A stretch of 64,000 nucleotides of DNA, from positions 6,200,001 through 6,264,000 of the forward strand of contig JBHGNT010000001.1 in NCBI GenBank assembly GCA_043228905.1, read 5' to 3'. Source of the DNA: Azolla caroliniana. Lineage: Eukaryota > Plantae > Polypodiophyta. A program made the position numbers and the translations under genes. This document shows positions 13,801 through 25,455 of the stretch, one piece after another. Below the pieces are notes generated by a model. It had not been told where the DNA came from. It saw only the letters and a program-made list of their open reading frames with translations, and made no database searches. Every line of letters begins with the position of its first letter. Position 1 is the first letter of the stretch.

Positions 13801-14790
13801 TATGATATCATCTGTTTGATCAAATGTTGGTAGTAGCCTTTGTATCACAATAGAAGTGAGATGAAATGTCTCCTTCTATTTTCTCTATGGACATTTCTCA
13901 GGTAATATACTAAGGTGTATCTTTCTTTAAACAAAAAAATAAACAGATTTGATTTTGGAAGATGAACCTTACAAACAATGTAGATTGTATCATTTATACG
14001 TCTACATATCAAATGCTTATATAATACGTTGCTTGCACACGTCAAAAGACTCTAGTTTCTCTTAACTAGTTTCTTTTCCAAATGATGTGAAAGTTCACCT
14101 AGTTTTCACCTGATATATACTCATTTGTGGAAAAGCTTATATTCAACACAACTATTTGCATGCCTACAAAATGTCATATTCTCCAAGGTAGGTTGTGCCC
14201 ATATTTTCCAGCATTGAATTATCATTTTGAATTTGTGTGCTTGATCATTCTAGATTTGTAATGGACATATGAATCGCTTTGAGAAATGTCCAAGGGAGCA
14301 TTGAAACAACAATGCTACCCTAAACCTACCTTGGTTTTTACAAATGGCCATGCTAACATTGTTGGCATTCTCTACAATGATTCCATTCATAGAAACCATT
14401 AATCGTTTCATAAAAGATTCATAAACACAATGTTTGTCATAATAACATAACCAGTGTATATCATTGCTTATATCTACAATATATTTTCAAGTTTTCAATA
14501 AATAAATAAACACTTTTACATCCTTAGTACATTCCATAATGTGCATGTGATGAACCATGGGTTAGAAATCAATGATCATTTAGGAAGGCACATTTAATTC
14601 ATATGAGAATGGTAGTGAGATGGAATCCAAGCGAGACCGAATTTGTGATAGTGTTGATTCATGAGAGAACAGTTGAAAGCAAGAACTTTGATTGTATATG
14701 AAGATATCAAACAATTGATAGATAGTGTTTCCATGGGAAATAGTCTTTCAATGCCCTTTAGAATCTATATTTTTGGTTCTCATTCATGGG

Positions 14791-15213
14791 TAGGAATCGG
14801 CAATGGTTCGGTTTAGGCTTAGCCGGTTTGGCCTGATCCAAGTCAAACCGGTTAAACCTAAACCGGTTTAGGGGTTCTCAAACCTGAACCGGTTTGGTAA
14901 ACAGCTTATAAACCGCCTTGGAAACCTCCCTCCCTCTCTCTCTCTCTCCCTTTGTGTAGTCTCCCTCACTTTCTGTGTGTGTGTCTCTCTCTCCCCCATT
15001 GTCTGTTGTCTCCCTCCCTCCCTCTCTCTAGTCTCTCTCTCTCTAAAGTTTCTAAACGGCTTAACCGGTTTTAGCTAGTTTGGCAAGGCTCAAGCCAAGC
15101 CGAACCGAGCTCAAACTGTTTAGTCAAGATCAAACTTGAGCCGAGCCGCTAAGCCGCTTTAAACCGGTTTAGCTTAACGGTTTAGGCTTGAGCTGAGCCA
15201 TTGCCGATTCCTA
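14791..15213. mobile_element. hAT-family MITE (423 bp)
   Basis: TIRs taggaatcggcaatgg / ccattgccgattccta; perfect 8-bp TSD TTCATGGG (14783-14790, 15214-15221); internal CT microsatellite. Confidence 0.92.
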
Positions 15214-15488
15214 TTCATGGGTTTGATATGATATCATATGGAACAATGCAAAATATGAAGTGAATTCAAGTGCGCAAAAGAAAGTGTGTTCAATGGTAAG
15301 TAGTTATTACTTCTATATACCATTTTGTTAACTTGTGAACTGGTCATGGTGGAGATATTTAAATGAGGGCAATGATAAAATAATGAATCTTCAATGGAAA
15401 CACATAGTGATTCTAATTGAGAGTATAAATTATATGAAATTTACACAATCCAAATCAAGTTACAACTTGTAGGTTTGCGATGCAGTTT

Positions 15489-15492
<4 letters not shown>

Positions 15493-15531
<39 letters not shown>
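15493..15531. repeat. (GT)n microsatellite
   Basis: Direct reading. Confidence 0.95.
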
Positions 15532-15532
<1 letters not shown>

Positions 15533-18404
15533 ACGCGCTCTCTCTCAAGGTAGAAAGTAAGACTATGGTAGGTATAAGGGTTTTAGGAAAAGTTGAATGC
15601 CTATCCACTGAATCAAAATGTCAGTGACACAAATTATGTTTCTTTTGGGATCTCATGTAGATTGACATTGATTTTCTTTAAAACGAGTAATCGCATGAAT
15701 GGATTCATGTGGTTCAACCATTCAAAGACGATGTGAGATGTTACCTAACATTCTATTCTTATTGTTGATAAGGAAGATAAGTAAAGGTTGCAAATTTAAT
15801 GTTGTCGATTTTGTGTATTTGCGCAAAATTAGGTTTCCATGATTTATGATTGTTCCAAGGAATAATATAAAAACAAAAATAAAGAACCTAATGTGAGGGT
15901 TAGTCACCATTATACCCCCTTAGAGTTTGAATAAGATCGATGTTACCCATGGTTCCAACTACCTTGCCAACTTTCATGTTTCCCAATATGGCTTTGGGCC
16001 ATATTGGGAGGAATTTTACAATCCTTTCTCTAAAGGTGAGAGCCAATGATCGGGACAATAGAGTTATACACGATTTGCATTTGCAATGTTTTAGTACCAC
16101 CTTTGGAGGTAAATAACCTCTGAAATCAAGATGTTCTAGAATAAAAAAAACTTCAAAGGATAATATAGCTATGATAAAAAAATTCAACAATTTATCATAC
16201 ATCTATGTTTTGAACATTAATTGGGATCCTATAACCATCCATAAGCACCCCACTAAACCTATCCAACAAACATTTAAAATGAATTCATTAAGTGAAATGC
16301 TATTAGTATATTTTGTTCTATTAAATGGAAGGAATACTAGAGGTTGGGGAAGTGGGCAAAACGCAAGCATGCATAAGGTAGAAGTTGTTTGATGACTATC
16401 CATGGTCACTTGTTTTCTCTTTCTGGTTCATGAAGTCATTCCTATAAACATTAAAACTATAAAGTTAATTGAAAACATGTTGATCCAAACCATGTGTTTT
16501 GGTACTCAATAAGAGTAGTCAAATTTATGTGTTGGACCATCATGACTCATTCATGAATTTAGTGTGTGAATTGTAGGTGAGATATTTGTGGAAACTTTAG
16601 CCTTTATTTTTTATCCATACTTCTTGCATGAGTTGTCAGGCAAGATGAAATTTGTGATGGAATAGGGAATGGCTGCTAAGGAAGAACAATGGGAGGAAAC
16701 CACCAACCTTTGGACATGCGTTGTTTTATGCCTTGCAATCGTCTTTCTAGAATCATTCTTAATCATCATAGGCATGTGGAGTGGAGTTCCATCTATTTTG
16801 TTGTGTTATCGTGGTCCCATTGAAGTTAATTTCTTGAAAATTTTGGTTGCCCTATTTTCATGAATAATATAAAAAGTGGACATGAGATGATATGATAAGC
16901 TTTTTGAATTAAGAGACTACCGAGTTACTCATTGTTTTCGATAGAAAAGTATTTGAATTGCATACGTTATAAGAATATCTACCTTTATCCATCTTAAATC
17001 AATGAAAGAGATTAAATTTCCCACAAACAAGGCCTCCATCAATAGGATTCATGAGGAAACCCTAGATAGCATCATGAATCTCTCTCTATTTGAGAAGTAA
17101 TCATGATACAAACATGGGTAGGATTTTAGCAAAAGAGAAGTCATGTATCTATGGAAATTGACCTTTCAACACAATTTGCTTAAAAATTAGGATCTGATTT
17201 GTTTAAAGTTAGCGTGTGGTTAAGACTTTACAATCGAGTTATGGTTTGTTCGTTGGATAATAAAGAAAGATATTCAAGAATCATAATGTGAACAAAGATG
17301 AGACGAGTAAACAATGCTCAAAAGGAAGCCAATAACTCTTGTTGGAATCCATCTATACGAATGTCGAAAGGGGTATTACTAGAAGTTGATGAGACATTGA
17401 TGTAGACATGGCAAAAGTAACATGCAAAGTGGAACACAAAAGTTATTAGGACAAACTGAAAAGTCAATTGTTACTGTGATAAGACAACAATGGAGGGGAG
17501 ACAAGCATTTGGTTGGGGATAGTGAATGTCCATGCACATAAGAGAAAAATACAATGGAACTGAAACTATAGAATGATGAGAATTCATTATTAGACATCGC
17601 TTCTTGACATGAGAAGGTTACATTGGCATTGCCAATGTGTGATAAAACGTTAGCATATAGGCAATGTGAACACATAATGGAAATTGAGTCACAAAATTGT
17701 GTTGGCTTCATTCTGATTAGTCAAGAATTGATGAGATGGGTTAACAATGTGTTGCATCGAGCCAAAGGACACTATCCAATCAATGTGGGAGCGTGAACAA
17801 TTGTAGTTGTTGTTTAGGGTCTATATCTGGTACAATATACTACGAAATGAGAAAAGGGGCTAGCCCCGAGCCAAACAAGCACGCGAATTTTAGTGATATT
17901 TCTTCGAATGGTGTACAACGATGCATTTTAGTAGGACGTAAGAAGGCGGACAATCCGATGTGATGCGAAGATGGATCATGTAGGTACTCGGCGTGGTAGA
18001 GTGTAAGTGTCGACACAATCAAATATATATACCACACAGAACCAGAAAGGCAAGCACACAGGGAGAGGTGGAAAACGAGGGGCATTCCGCGGGCCACGCT
18101 CTAGAGTATGTTTGTGTGTGTATCTGTAGGGTTAGGGCATAGAAGGAAAATATAGGAGGAGAGAAGAGAAGGAGAGGCCAATGGGATCGGTAGATTTTGG
18201 TAGGTCTACAGGAGACAACAAGGCCAATGTGGGCGGACACCATGGGTGAATACAACCCGACTTTTTGTCCATACATTCTTTCTCTCTCGTGGTGGAAACA
18301 CACACATTTATGCACATTATGTCCATACATAAATGTGTGTGAAAAACACTACTACTACTACTACCATAGTACCATGTGTGTGGTCACCAATACATACATA
18401 CAAG

Positions 18405-18438
<34 letters not shown>

Positions 18439-18443
18439 GTTTC

Positions 18444-18452
18444 TATATAAAA
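18444..18452 (+). promoter_or_regulatory. Candidate TATA box of the gene at 19792
   Basis: cTATATAAAA followed by a long CT-rich (Y-patch-like) tract. Confidence 0.45.
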
Positions 18453-18755
18453 TGTGTGGAGAAAAGATCCAGTAAGGAAGGGAAGATCATGCGTTTCATG
18501 CCACACCATGACGAACCCATTTCCTCCTCCTCCTCCTCCATTTTGTCTTGTTCTTAAGCTTCCAGATTCATACACTCTTTTCTTCATCTCCTCAATCTCT
18601 CCCTGTCTCTCCCACCCCCTTTCTTTTCTTCGCTTTCCTTTTTCTTAATTCTTACAGATATTTCTTCCCTTCTTTTCAGTTTTTGAAAAGCAAGAAAAAT
18701 AGTGGGTTTTTTTTTGTTGTTGTTGTTGTTTGAGAGAGAGAGATTTTCAGATCCT

Positions 18756-18782
18756 ATGTCGATTACCCTTCGTGAAGGATAA
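18756..18782 (+). other. uORF1 (MSITLREG*) in 5' leader
   Basis: ATG TCG ATT ACC CTT CGT GAA GGA TAA, upstream of the leader donor at 18882. Confidence 0.55.
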
Positions 18783-18801
18783 CTGAGCAGAGCAAAATTC
18801 A

Positions 18802-19066
18802 ATGGTATTATATGTACTCTGCGTCTTACAAATGTTCAAGCTTCATGATCCCACAATGATCTACACTCAAATGATTAAGATGTGAGTTCTTTCTACCCCC
18901 CTCATGCATCTCCCAGCAAAAATACATGCATGCATACTCACATACGCATAATACAAACATATACGCTAGCATACTCACATTCATATGTATGTCATAAATT
19001 CTTGCATGAGATCAAGTGATTTGTTCTCACAGAGCACACCTACATCCGATCGTGTATGGCATGTAA
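18802..19066 (+). other. Spliced uORF2, 37 aa (MVLYVLCVLQMFKLHDPTMIYTQMIKIAHLHPIVYGM*); exons 18802-18881 and 19033-19066
   Basis: Donor AT|GTGAGT at 18882, acceptor ttctcacAG at 19032, next donor TGG|GTAAAT at 19084, acceptor ctgcAG at 19673. Confidence 0.5.
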
Positions 19067-19791
19067 TATAGCGTCATTCATGGGTAAATGTGCATCTATG
19101 CATTAGATCATGCCAATTCTATATTTGTACACACATAGCACACTAGTCTTTAAGATTTGACAGCCCACAACAAAGTTCCAAGCTTACTTTAGTACATGTA
19201 AATGTTCCTCGTCAATTAGAAAATGAAGATACAAATGAACCTAATATAAAGCATCAGTATCATATGTGCCAATACATCCAAATGGATATAATTGTTAAGA
19301 AGGAGGATAAATGCTTTGGCCAGTATCATAATGATCTGAGTCTCTTGTGTGTCGAGAGGATGAATAATAGCTGTGGATGCTCATGCATCGATGGTTCAAG
19401 CCCACATATTTGCATTTAAACATACACATGGGTACTTGTGTGATTGATATATGTCATACTCACGTACGCACACACTCTGACACACACTGATGCTCACATA
19501 CGTGTACCTCTACAAAGATACTAGTATCAATGCATACGCCAATACACATACACATACTGACCTTTATGCATACAACATCGGCATACCATCATTTCGTGCA
19601 TATTTATATACATATATACACAATTTACATGTGTATCTATGCCAATAGCTCATAAATGATGGTTGTGCTGCAGTCTCTCGCCCTGAAGAGAAGATAGCAC
19701 ACCCGCTTGCTAGATCGCTTTAGATGAGTCTATAAGCACTCAAAGAATCGATTCAGATTTGATTTGTGCAATAGCTGAGACCTTCGGAATC

Positions 19792-21052
19792 ATGCCACAA
19801 GAATCCGAAGCAGAATCAGAGAGAATAAATGTAGGGGTTGTTGGATCTCATTTGTATCGAATCGAGAGATTTGATGAGAAACTGGTGTGCCCAGAGCCCC
19901 GAAGATTGATGAGTATGATGACATCATCGCCAACTGAGGTTCATCAGTCCCCCTGGTCTTGGCGAAGGTATGTGCAATCTTTTGTCTTGTATTCCTCTAG
20001 GTTTTATGTTTTAGTTTTACAGAGCAGATTCCATATATAAACATGTAAATCTAGTAGATCCTCTCTTAAGAGTTGATCATACATATGAAACATCTCTTGG
20101 ATGTACAAAGATTGTTTGGGAACTGTTCACTGAATCGTCTTTTGTAAGTGCTGTTGTTGATGTGTGTATGCATGTCTGTTTATACAGAGAAGCATGTGAT
20201 GGCGATGACGCAGGGCATGAGATATTGGATATTTTTCTTGCTAAGGTAGATGCTTTTTCTCTTAAATAAGATCCGTGTGCATATGTTGGAGAATGGTATT
20301 ATTAACATATGATCAAAGTGTTTTTTGTTATTAAGGATATTACTAACACATGTTAAAAGGTTTTCTCCATTCCCTCGTGACATTTGATCAATGAAAGGTA
20401 GATAAAAGTTTATTAACACAATTGGTTGAATGTTAATAGAGAAAAAGGTTCTTAAAGGCTATATTTGTGTATGATGAAGGATTATATCCCCAAGGTTATT
20501 TAGATGATATTGGGGATTTGCCTCAATGCAACTATCTGGCTAGCCTTGTCTTCTCATTTATGTCAGCTATTTGATCAATTAAATATATGGTCATCAATCC
20601 CCTTCTTGGGGAGTTGTCCAACAGCATTTGGGGAAAGAGTAAAAGCTTGGATATTACTATTTGCCATATGAAAAGGGGTTATAACCTATTGCCCGCCTTC
20701 AGACGGCGATTTAAAGAAAGCCCTATATAAACTTTTTTGTATGTCTTTTTCTTTACAGTCTACATTAGGAGATACATCAGGTTTTGGATGTTCGCCACCT
20801 TATTTTTCCGGCTCACCACCGAGCCGAGCACAAAACCCTATGGTGAGAGATGTTGAGTTTTCTCGGTTAAGGCGATCGGTTTCACCACTGTTAGCCTCGT
20901 TCTCGTCACAAGACAGGGCCCCATCTAGTCGGAGTTCGACAACTCGCCATTCAACATCGCCCTTAATTCGGATCGAAGGGTTCGATTGTTTGGTTCGTGG
21001 GTTCGATTGTGCACGTCAAGATTCGTGCCATCGTGTCACTGCCTTTGCTTGA
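19792..21052 (+). CDS. Plant-specific uncharacterised protein (At5g16110/At3g02555/At1g68490-like family), 175 aa; exons 19792-19967, 20188-20245, 20759-21052
   Basis: Family motifs LVCPEPRR, AGHEILDIFLAK, SPPYFSGSPPSRAQNPMVRD, IRIEGFDC and terminal VTAFA*. GT-AG junctions join in frame (176+58+294 nt). Confidence 0.85.
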
Positions 21053-24000
21053 GAGCCTAAACAAATGAAATAATTAAGAAGCAAATTAACTTCAGAGATA
21101 AAAGATAGACAAAATACTGTTTAGCTCCTCAAAGTTCTAGTATTATCCCGTGTCTGGTATTTTTTGTTGTAGATATTGTGTATTTATTTAAGTCAGGGAT
21201 GTCAAAATTGACCATTTCTAGTGAACATTTTTTTAGTTTATACAGGCTTAGAGTTAATTATTTTGGGAATTGAGGGGAGGGTGATTAAACATTTTCTATC
21301 GCTACACCTGGTTCATTAAGCTTGTCAACACAAGGGCTAGGGCTTCAAAAAGCTCCCTTCACATTTCTTCTACCTTCATAGAATCTTGGGTATGAAGAAA
21401 CAGAACCAGGAGAGAAGCCCATATACAATCTATTCTTACAGGCTACTACCCATTTTTGTAAAAACATGGTTTTGTATATGTAACAGTATGATTTACTGAT
21501 TCTCTTGATTTACTGATTCTCTCTACTATATTTATTGTGAAATTATGAATTCATTGTTTACAGAAATTGCACATGAGATTTCAATCCGGTTGTATGGTAT
21601 AATACACATGGTGCACCACCACGGTATATAGCCCAAGAATGATGGCAAAAAAAAGTGTGAACCAGAAATGACAAAACTTGAGTCAGCTGTATGTCAACCT
21701 TTTTACTATTAAAATATGTAACTTAAATCTTCAATAACTTGATGACCCAACGTTTGGAATCATTGAGATGACAGGCCAACCCCTTTGCACTGAACTCAGC
21801 AAAGCTAGTTAGAGATAGGGCTCAAATGAGTGAAGATGGTCTTTTTAACACCCAAATAGATAATAAAACCTCTGAGCATTCCACCGAATCCTTGTAGTCA
21901 ATAGTTTGAAATTGAGCCAAGAGGACGAGATTGGTTGTATTTTGTCGAATTGGCATCTATAGACTATAACTAAGCACATACAAAGTTGCCTTTGTTTATA
22001 TGCCTCTCTACAACACCTTCCAGCAGAGGGCAGGTGTCATGAGTTGTGTTACCACTCAACAGAGTCTTGTTTTTTTAAATAAATAGCTGCTACCCACCGT
22101 ATGTGCCTCTTTTTGTTACATACGTTCAATCAATTGTTGAGGTTTAATCTAGGGTTTGCTTATAGCTTTTTGTGTGCCAACTTGTATATGTGCTTATCCA
22201 CCATGTGTGAAATCTAGGAATAGAGGCATCACATGGCAGGATGACCATAAAGTTGAGTTTTACATTTTGGGGATATAGTTCCCATGATCTAGGTTGTTGG
22301 ACATGGAGATGATGAAGTTAAAATTGTAACAATTCTTTTGAATCGGTTTTAAATGTTTAGGAATATTATTTGAGACTTGAGATGTTCCGACTGTACATTC
22401 CTCCAACTAGAACTTTCTGAACTTGAGCTTCTAGTAATTTCCATTAAAAAAGCTCCATCGTGACAACCAAATTATGGCCAAGACAATTTATCAAGAATGA
22501 TTCCCAACAATTTTTTATGATTATACATTCAAGGTTGGAACTTGGAGACATAAAGAAGGTGACATTGTAGATTTAAAAGGTTCTTGGATAAACTTCACAT
22601 ACAGACAGAAGGGTGGTACAATCTATATCTATACGAGCCAATTTGATATTTTTTGCTATGTAGTCAGTTTAGTGCATGTGTACTAGTTAATGCTCTATTT
22701 CTAGATTTATTAAACCTTATGGGCAATCATCTCTTCAGACATGTAATTTCATCGGAGAAACCAATTAGATCAATCAACTACATCTTTCTCTTCTGTTAAC
22801 AAGCTTGAATGTGAAATCACAGTTCAATTTGAGCAAATCTTATTCATTCACCTCACTTTTTTCAGATGTTAGGATGAGAGCAAAGCCTATCTATGCTATG
22901 CACAGCCTACAGGCACAAGGCCAAGGGTATAGATATCTAGATTACTTTAGCAAGCAAAACATACCCTATTATAAATTCTCTGGTTACGCTTGATTCATGA
23001 GGCGCACATGTGCCCACATTATCCGTATGAACTAACACGAAACTTGTAAGAATTTGACTCTCAACAACTTCAAATCATGCCATTTCGAATGGTAATAATG
23101 ATCCACCTTATTTGAACATTAGGATTGAGTTCATCACTAAATATCTAAACCACTTCTTTCTCGGCCCTTCCAAAACTGGTAAGCTTGTAATTAACACTGT
23201 CTCTTCACATAAGCTTCCTATGGGTTTGGTCTGTCATTTAATATACACCGCCACAACCAGACTGTGCGTTTAGTAAAAATGAAATTGTCAAGAAAATTAG
23301 AGATAATTTGGAAATAACTTAATGCCAATGCATTATCGTACACATGTCTTATGCTCTATATGAATCAATAAAAAAATTTGACAAACACACTCAAATGGTA
23401 GAGAAAACTCATGCACCTTACAAAGGAATCTTTGTCAAGAAAATGAGCAACATAGAGAATTCTTCTAGATTTACAATTCAATCTATCATGATCTCCATAC
23501 TCTTCAAGAGTTAATCACGCTAATCAAAACATAAAAATAATTTTCAATTACTCGAACAAAATGCAGATCAGAACCAACTTATTTAACACAAGTTTGGCTT
23601 TTTTCTAATAGCAGTCATTACTCACTATTCCTCAAACACTGATCAATCCATGTTTGTTTCATAAGGTTGTGAGAATACTCTGAATGTGTGGAATTTCCTT
23701 GCTGAGAGCAACAAACAATTTCAACTGTACACATGATGCAAGAAAAACGAAGTCCTTCCAAACATCCATGAACATATATATATAAACCTCAACATAACAT
23801 AGGCAATGTGATGAAAAATCAAGAACACAATTTTCCTACACAATGACAAAGGTACGTACAAAAGTCTCCAAATACATTACCAAATAGACCTGATCATCCA
23901 AAACATCAACTCCAGAATCAAAATCTCACAAAATTAGACACAGACTAAAAACTACTACACCAGAAAACAAGAATGAACAAAGATTTCATAAATTAACTAA

Positions 24001-24543
24001 AGCTAACTAAGGTCAAAGTTCCAATGGTTATGTCTAGAACAATTAACAATCTTGAGAAAATTAAGACAAAAACATGGAAATCCTTTTGAGAAATTTAGAA
24101 CAAAACATGGAAACATTCAGGTAGACCATCAATTAGAGTCCCCATTAAAGAAAAACACTTAGAATAAAAACAAGTATTAGATCAAAAATCTTAGAAATAA
24201 ATCAGTTTTTGATTTTTTGTATCATACTTCTAGTAGTCAAACCCTTCCATAATAAACAAAATTTTTAAATATGTTTTGACTATCATACTGGTCTATCTAG
24301 TAGTATGAAAAACCCGTTCTTCATCAAAAAGAGAGAAAAAAACCATTCTTTTTTTTCCACCATATTGATCTTTCACCTTCATCATTCGAAGAAGAAACAA
24401 TTCACCTGTTACTAGAAGTTATCTCCTCTTCTTTTTCTACTTCCTCTTCTTCATTAGCAGCAGGGAGGATAAACAAAAGAAAAGGAACATGGGGGGCAAA
24501 ACAACATTCTTTTTTCTCTTTTGTTTTGCATTCCAGAGTGCAG

Positions 24544-25455
24544 TTATTGAGGTGGGGGTGGCATGCCAGGGCGATACATGGGAGGGGGTGGCATACCGGG
24601 GCGAGGGGGTCCGGAGGGTGGGGGCGGCATCCCAGGGCGTCCAGGGGCCGACATTGGTGGAGGGGCACGCATCATCTGTGGGGGAGGACGGACACCGAAC
24701 TGCGGGGGTGGCATTCCGGGACCACCCCCCATTGGTGGAGGGGGGGGCATCCCTGGTCTAGGAGGCTGACCTTGCCCTTGCTGTTGTTGTTGCTGCTGCT
24801 GTTGTTGCTGTTGTTGTTGCTGCTGTTGGCCATAGCCAGCCCCACCTGGTGGGAGTGACATCGGTCGCATCCCTGGTGGGGGGGCGCCACCGGGAGGCGG
24901 CATCATGTTGGGAGGGGGGGCAAATTGCGGTGGTGGGCGCATACCGGGGGGCGGTGCAGGATATGTGATGGGCCCTGCAGACACCTGTGGTCGTGACATC
25001 TGGGGTTGCATCATGCCAGGGGTGGGTCCACCGAGACCCCGGACCGGGCCTGCAAGCCCAGGCTGGGCCTGCACCAGTGGAGCTGTAGGGACGCCGCGAC
25101 CGGCAGCCCGGCCGACCCCAGGCCCCGGTTGAGCTGCCCCAGCTTGGCGGCCCCTTGAGTCCTCCTGTATGGGGGGGCCTTCCACTGTCATTGACACTAC
25201 CTCCTCACCTCGGAGGAGCAAGAGACCCAACGTCCTCCTTTCCTCCCGATCTTCCTTCTGTCCTCCCCCTCCCCCTCCCCCTCCAGACGACGACGGTTTG
25301 GGGGGCAGGCGACGGAACTCCTCGCAATCACCCAGCACCAGATTCATGTGGCGATCGAAGGCCATGAACTTGCCCACCAGCTGCCGCCCGTCTTGGATCG
25401 TTACCCGCATCCTGTAGTTGATGTACTGAAGCATCCGAGATCCTCGGGAAGACAT
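24544..25455 (-). CDS. SmB: Small nuclear ribonucleoprotein SmB/B', 303 aa, intronless CDS
   Basis: Sm domain [41 protein letters not shown]...[23 protein letters not shown], then [11 protein letters not shown] and a PPPGM-rich tail. Confidence 0.97.
   Translation of the reverse strand: MSSRGSRMLQYINYRMRVTIQDGRQLVGKFMAFDRHMNLVLGDCEEFRRLPPKPSSSGGGGGGGGQKEDREERRTLGLLLLRGEEVVSMTVEGPPIQEDSRGRQAGAAQPGPGVGRAAGRGVPTAPLVQAQPGLAGPVRGLGGPTPGMMQPQMSRPQVSAGPITYPAPPPGMRPPPQFAPPPNMMPPPGGAPPPGMRPMSLPPGGAGYGQQQQQQQQQQQQQQQQQGQGQPPRPGMPPPPPMGGGPGMPPPQFGVRPPPQMMRAPPPMSAPGRPGMPPPPSGPPRPGMPPPPMYRPGMPPPPQ

Noticed and set aside
15700-17830. Possible decayed coding or transposase sequence
   Set aside because: It looks coding-like in places but I could not identify any motif.
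19324-19430. Additional cassette exon in the leader intron (ccAG...catgg|GTACTT)
   Set aside because: Splice signals are plausible but weak, and unsupported without transcript data.
1753-25455. SYF1 + SmB as a spliceosomal gene cluster
   Set aside because: Two genes 17 kb apart with an unrelated gene between them; compatible with chance without synteny data.
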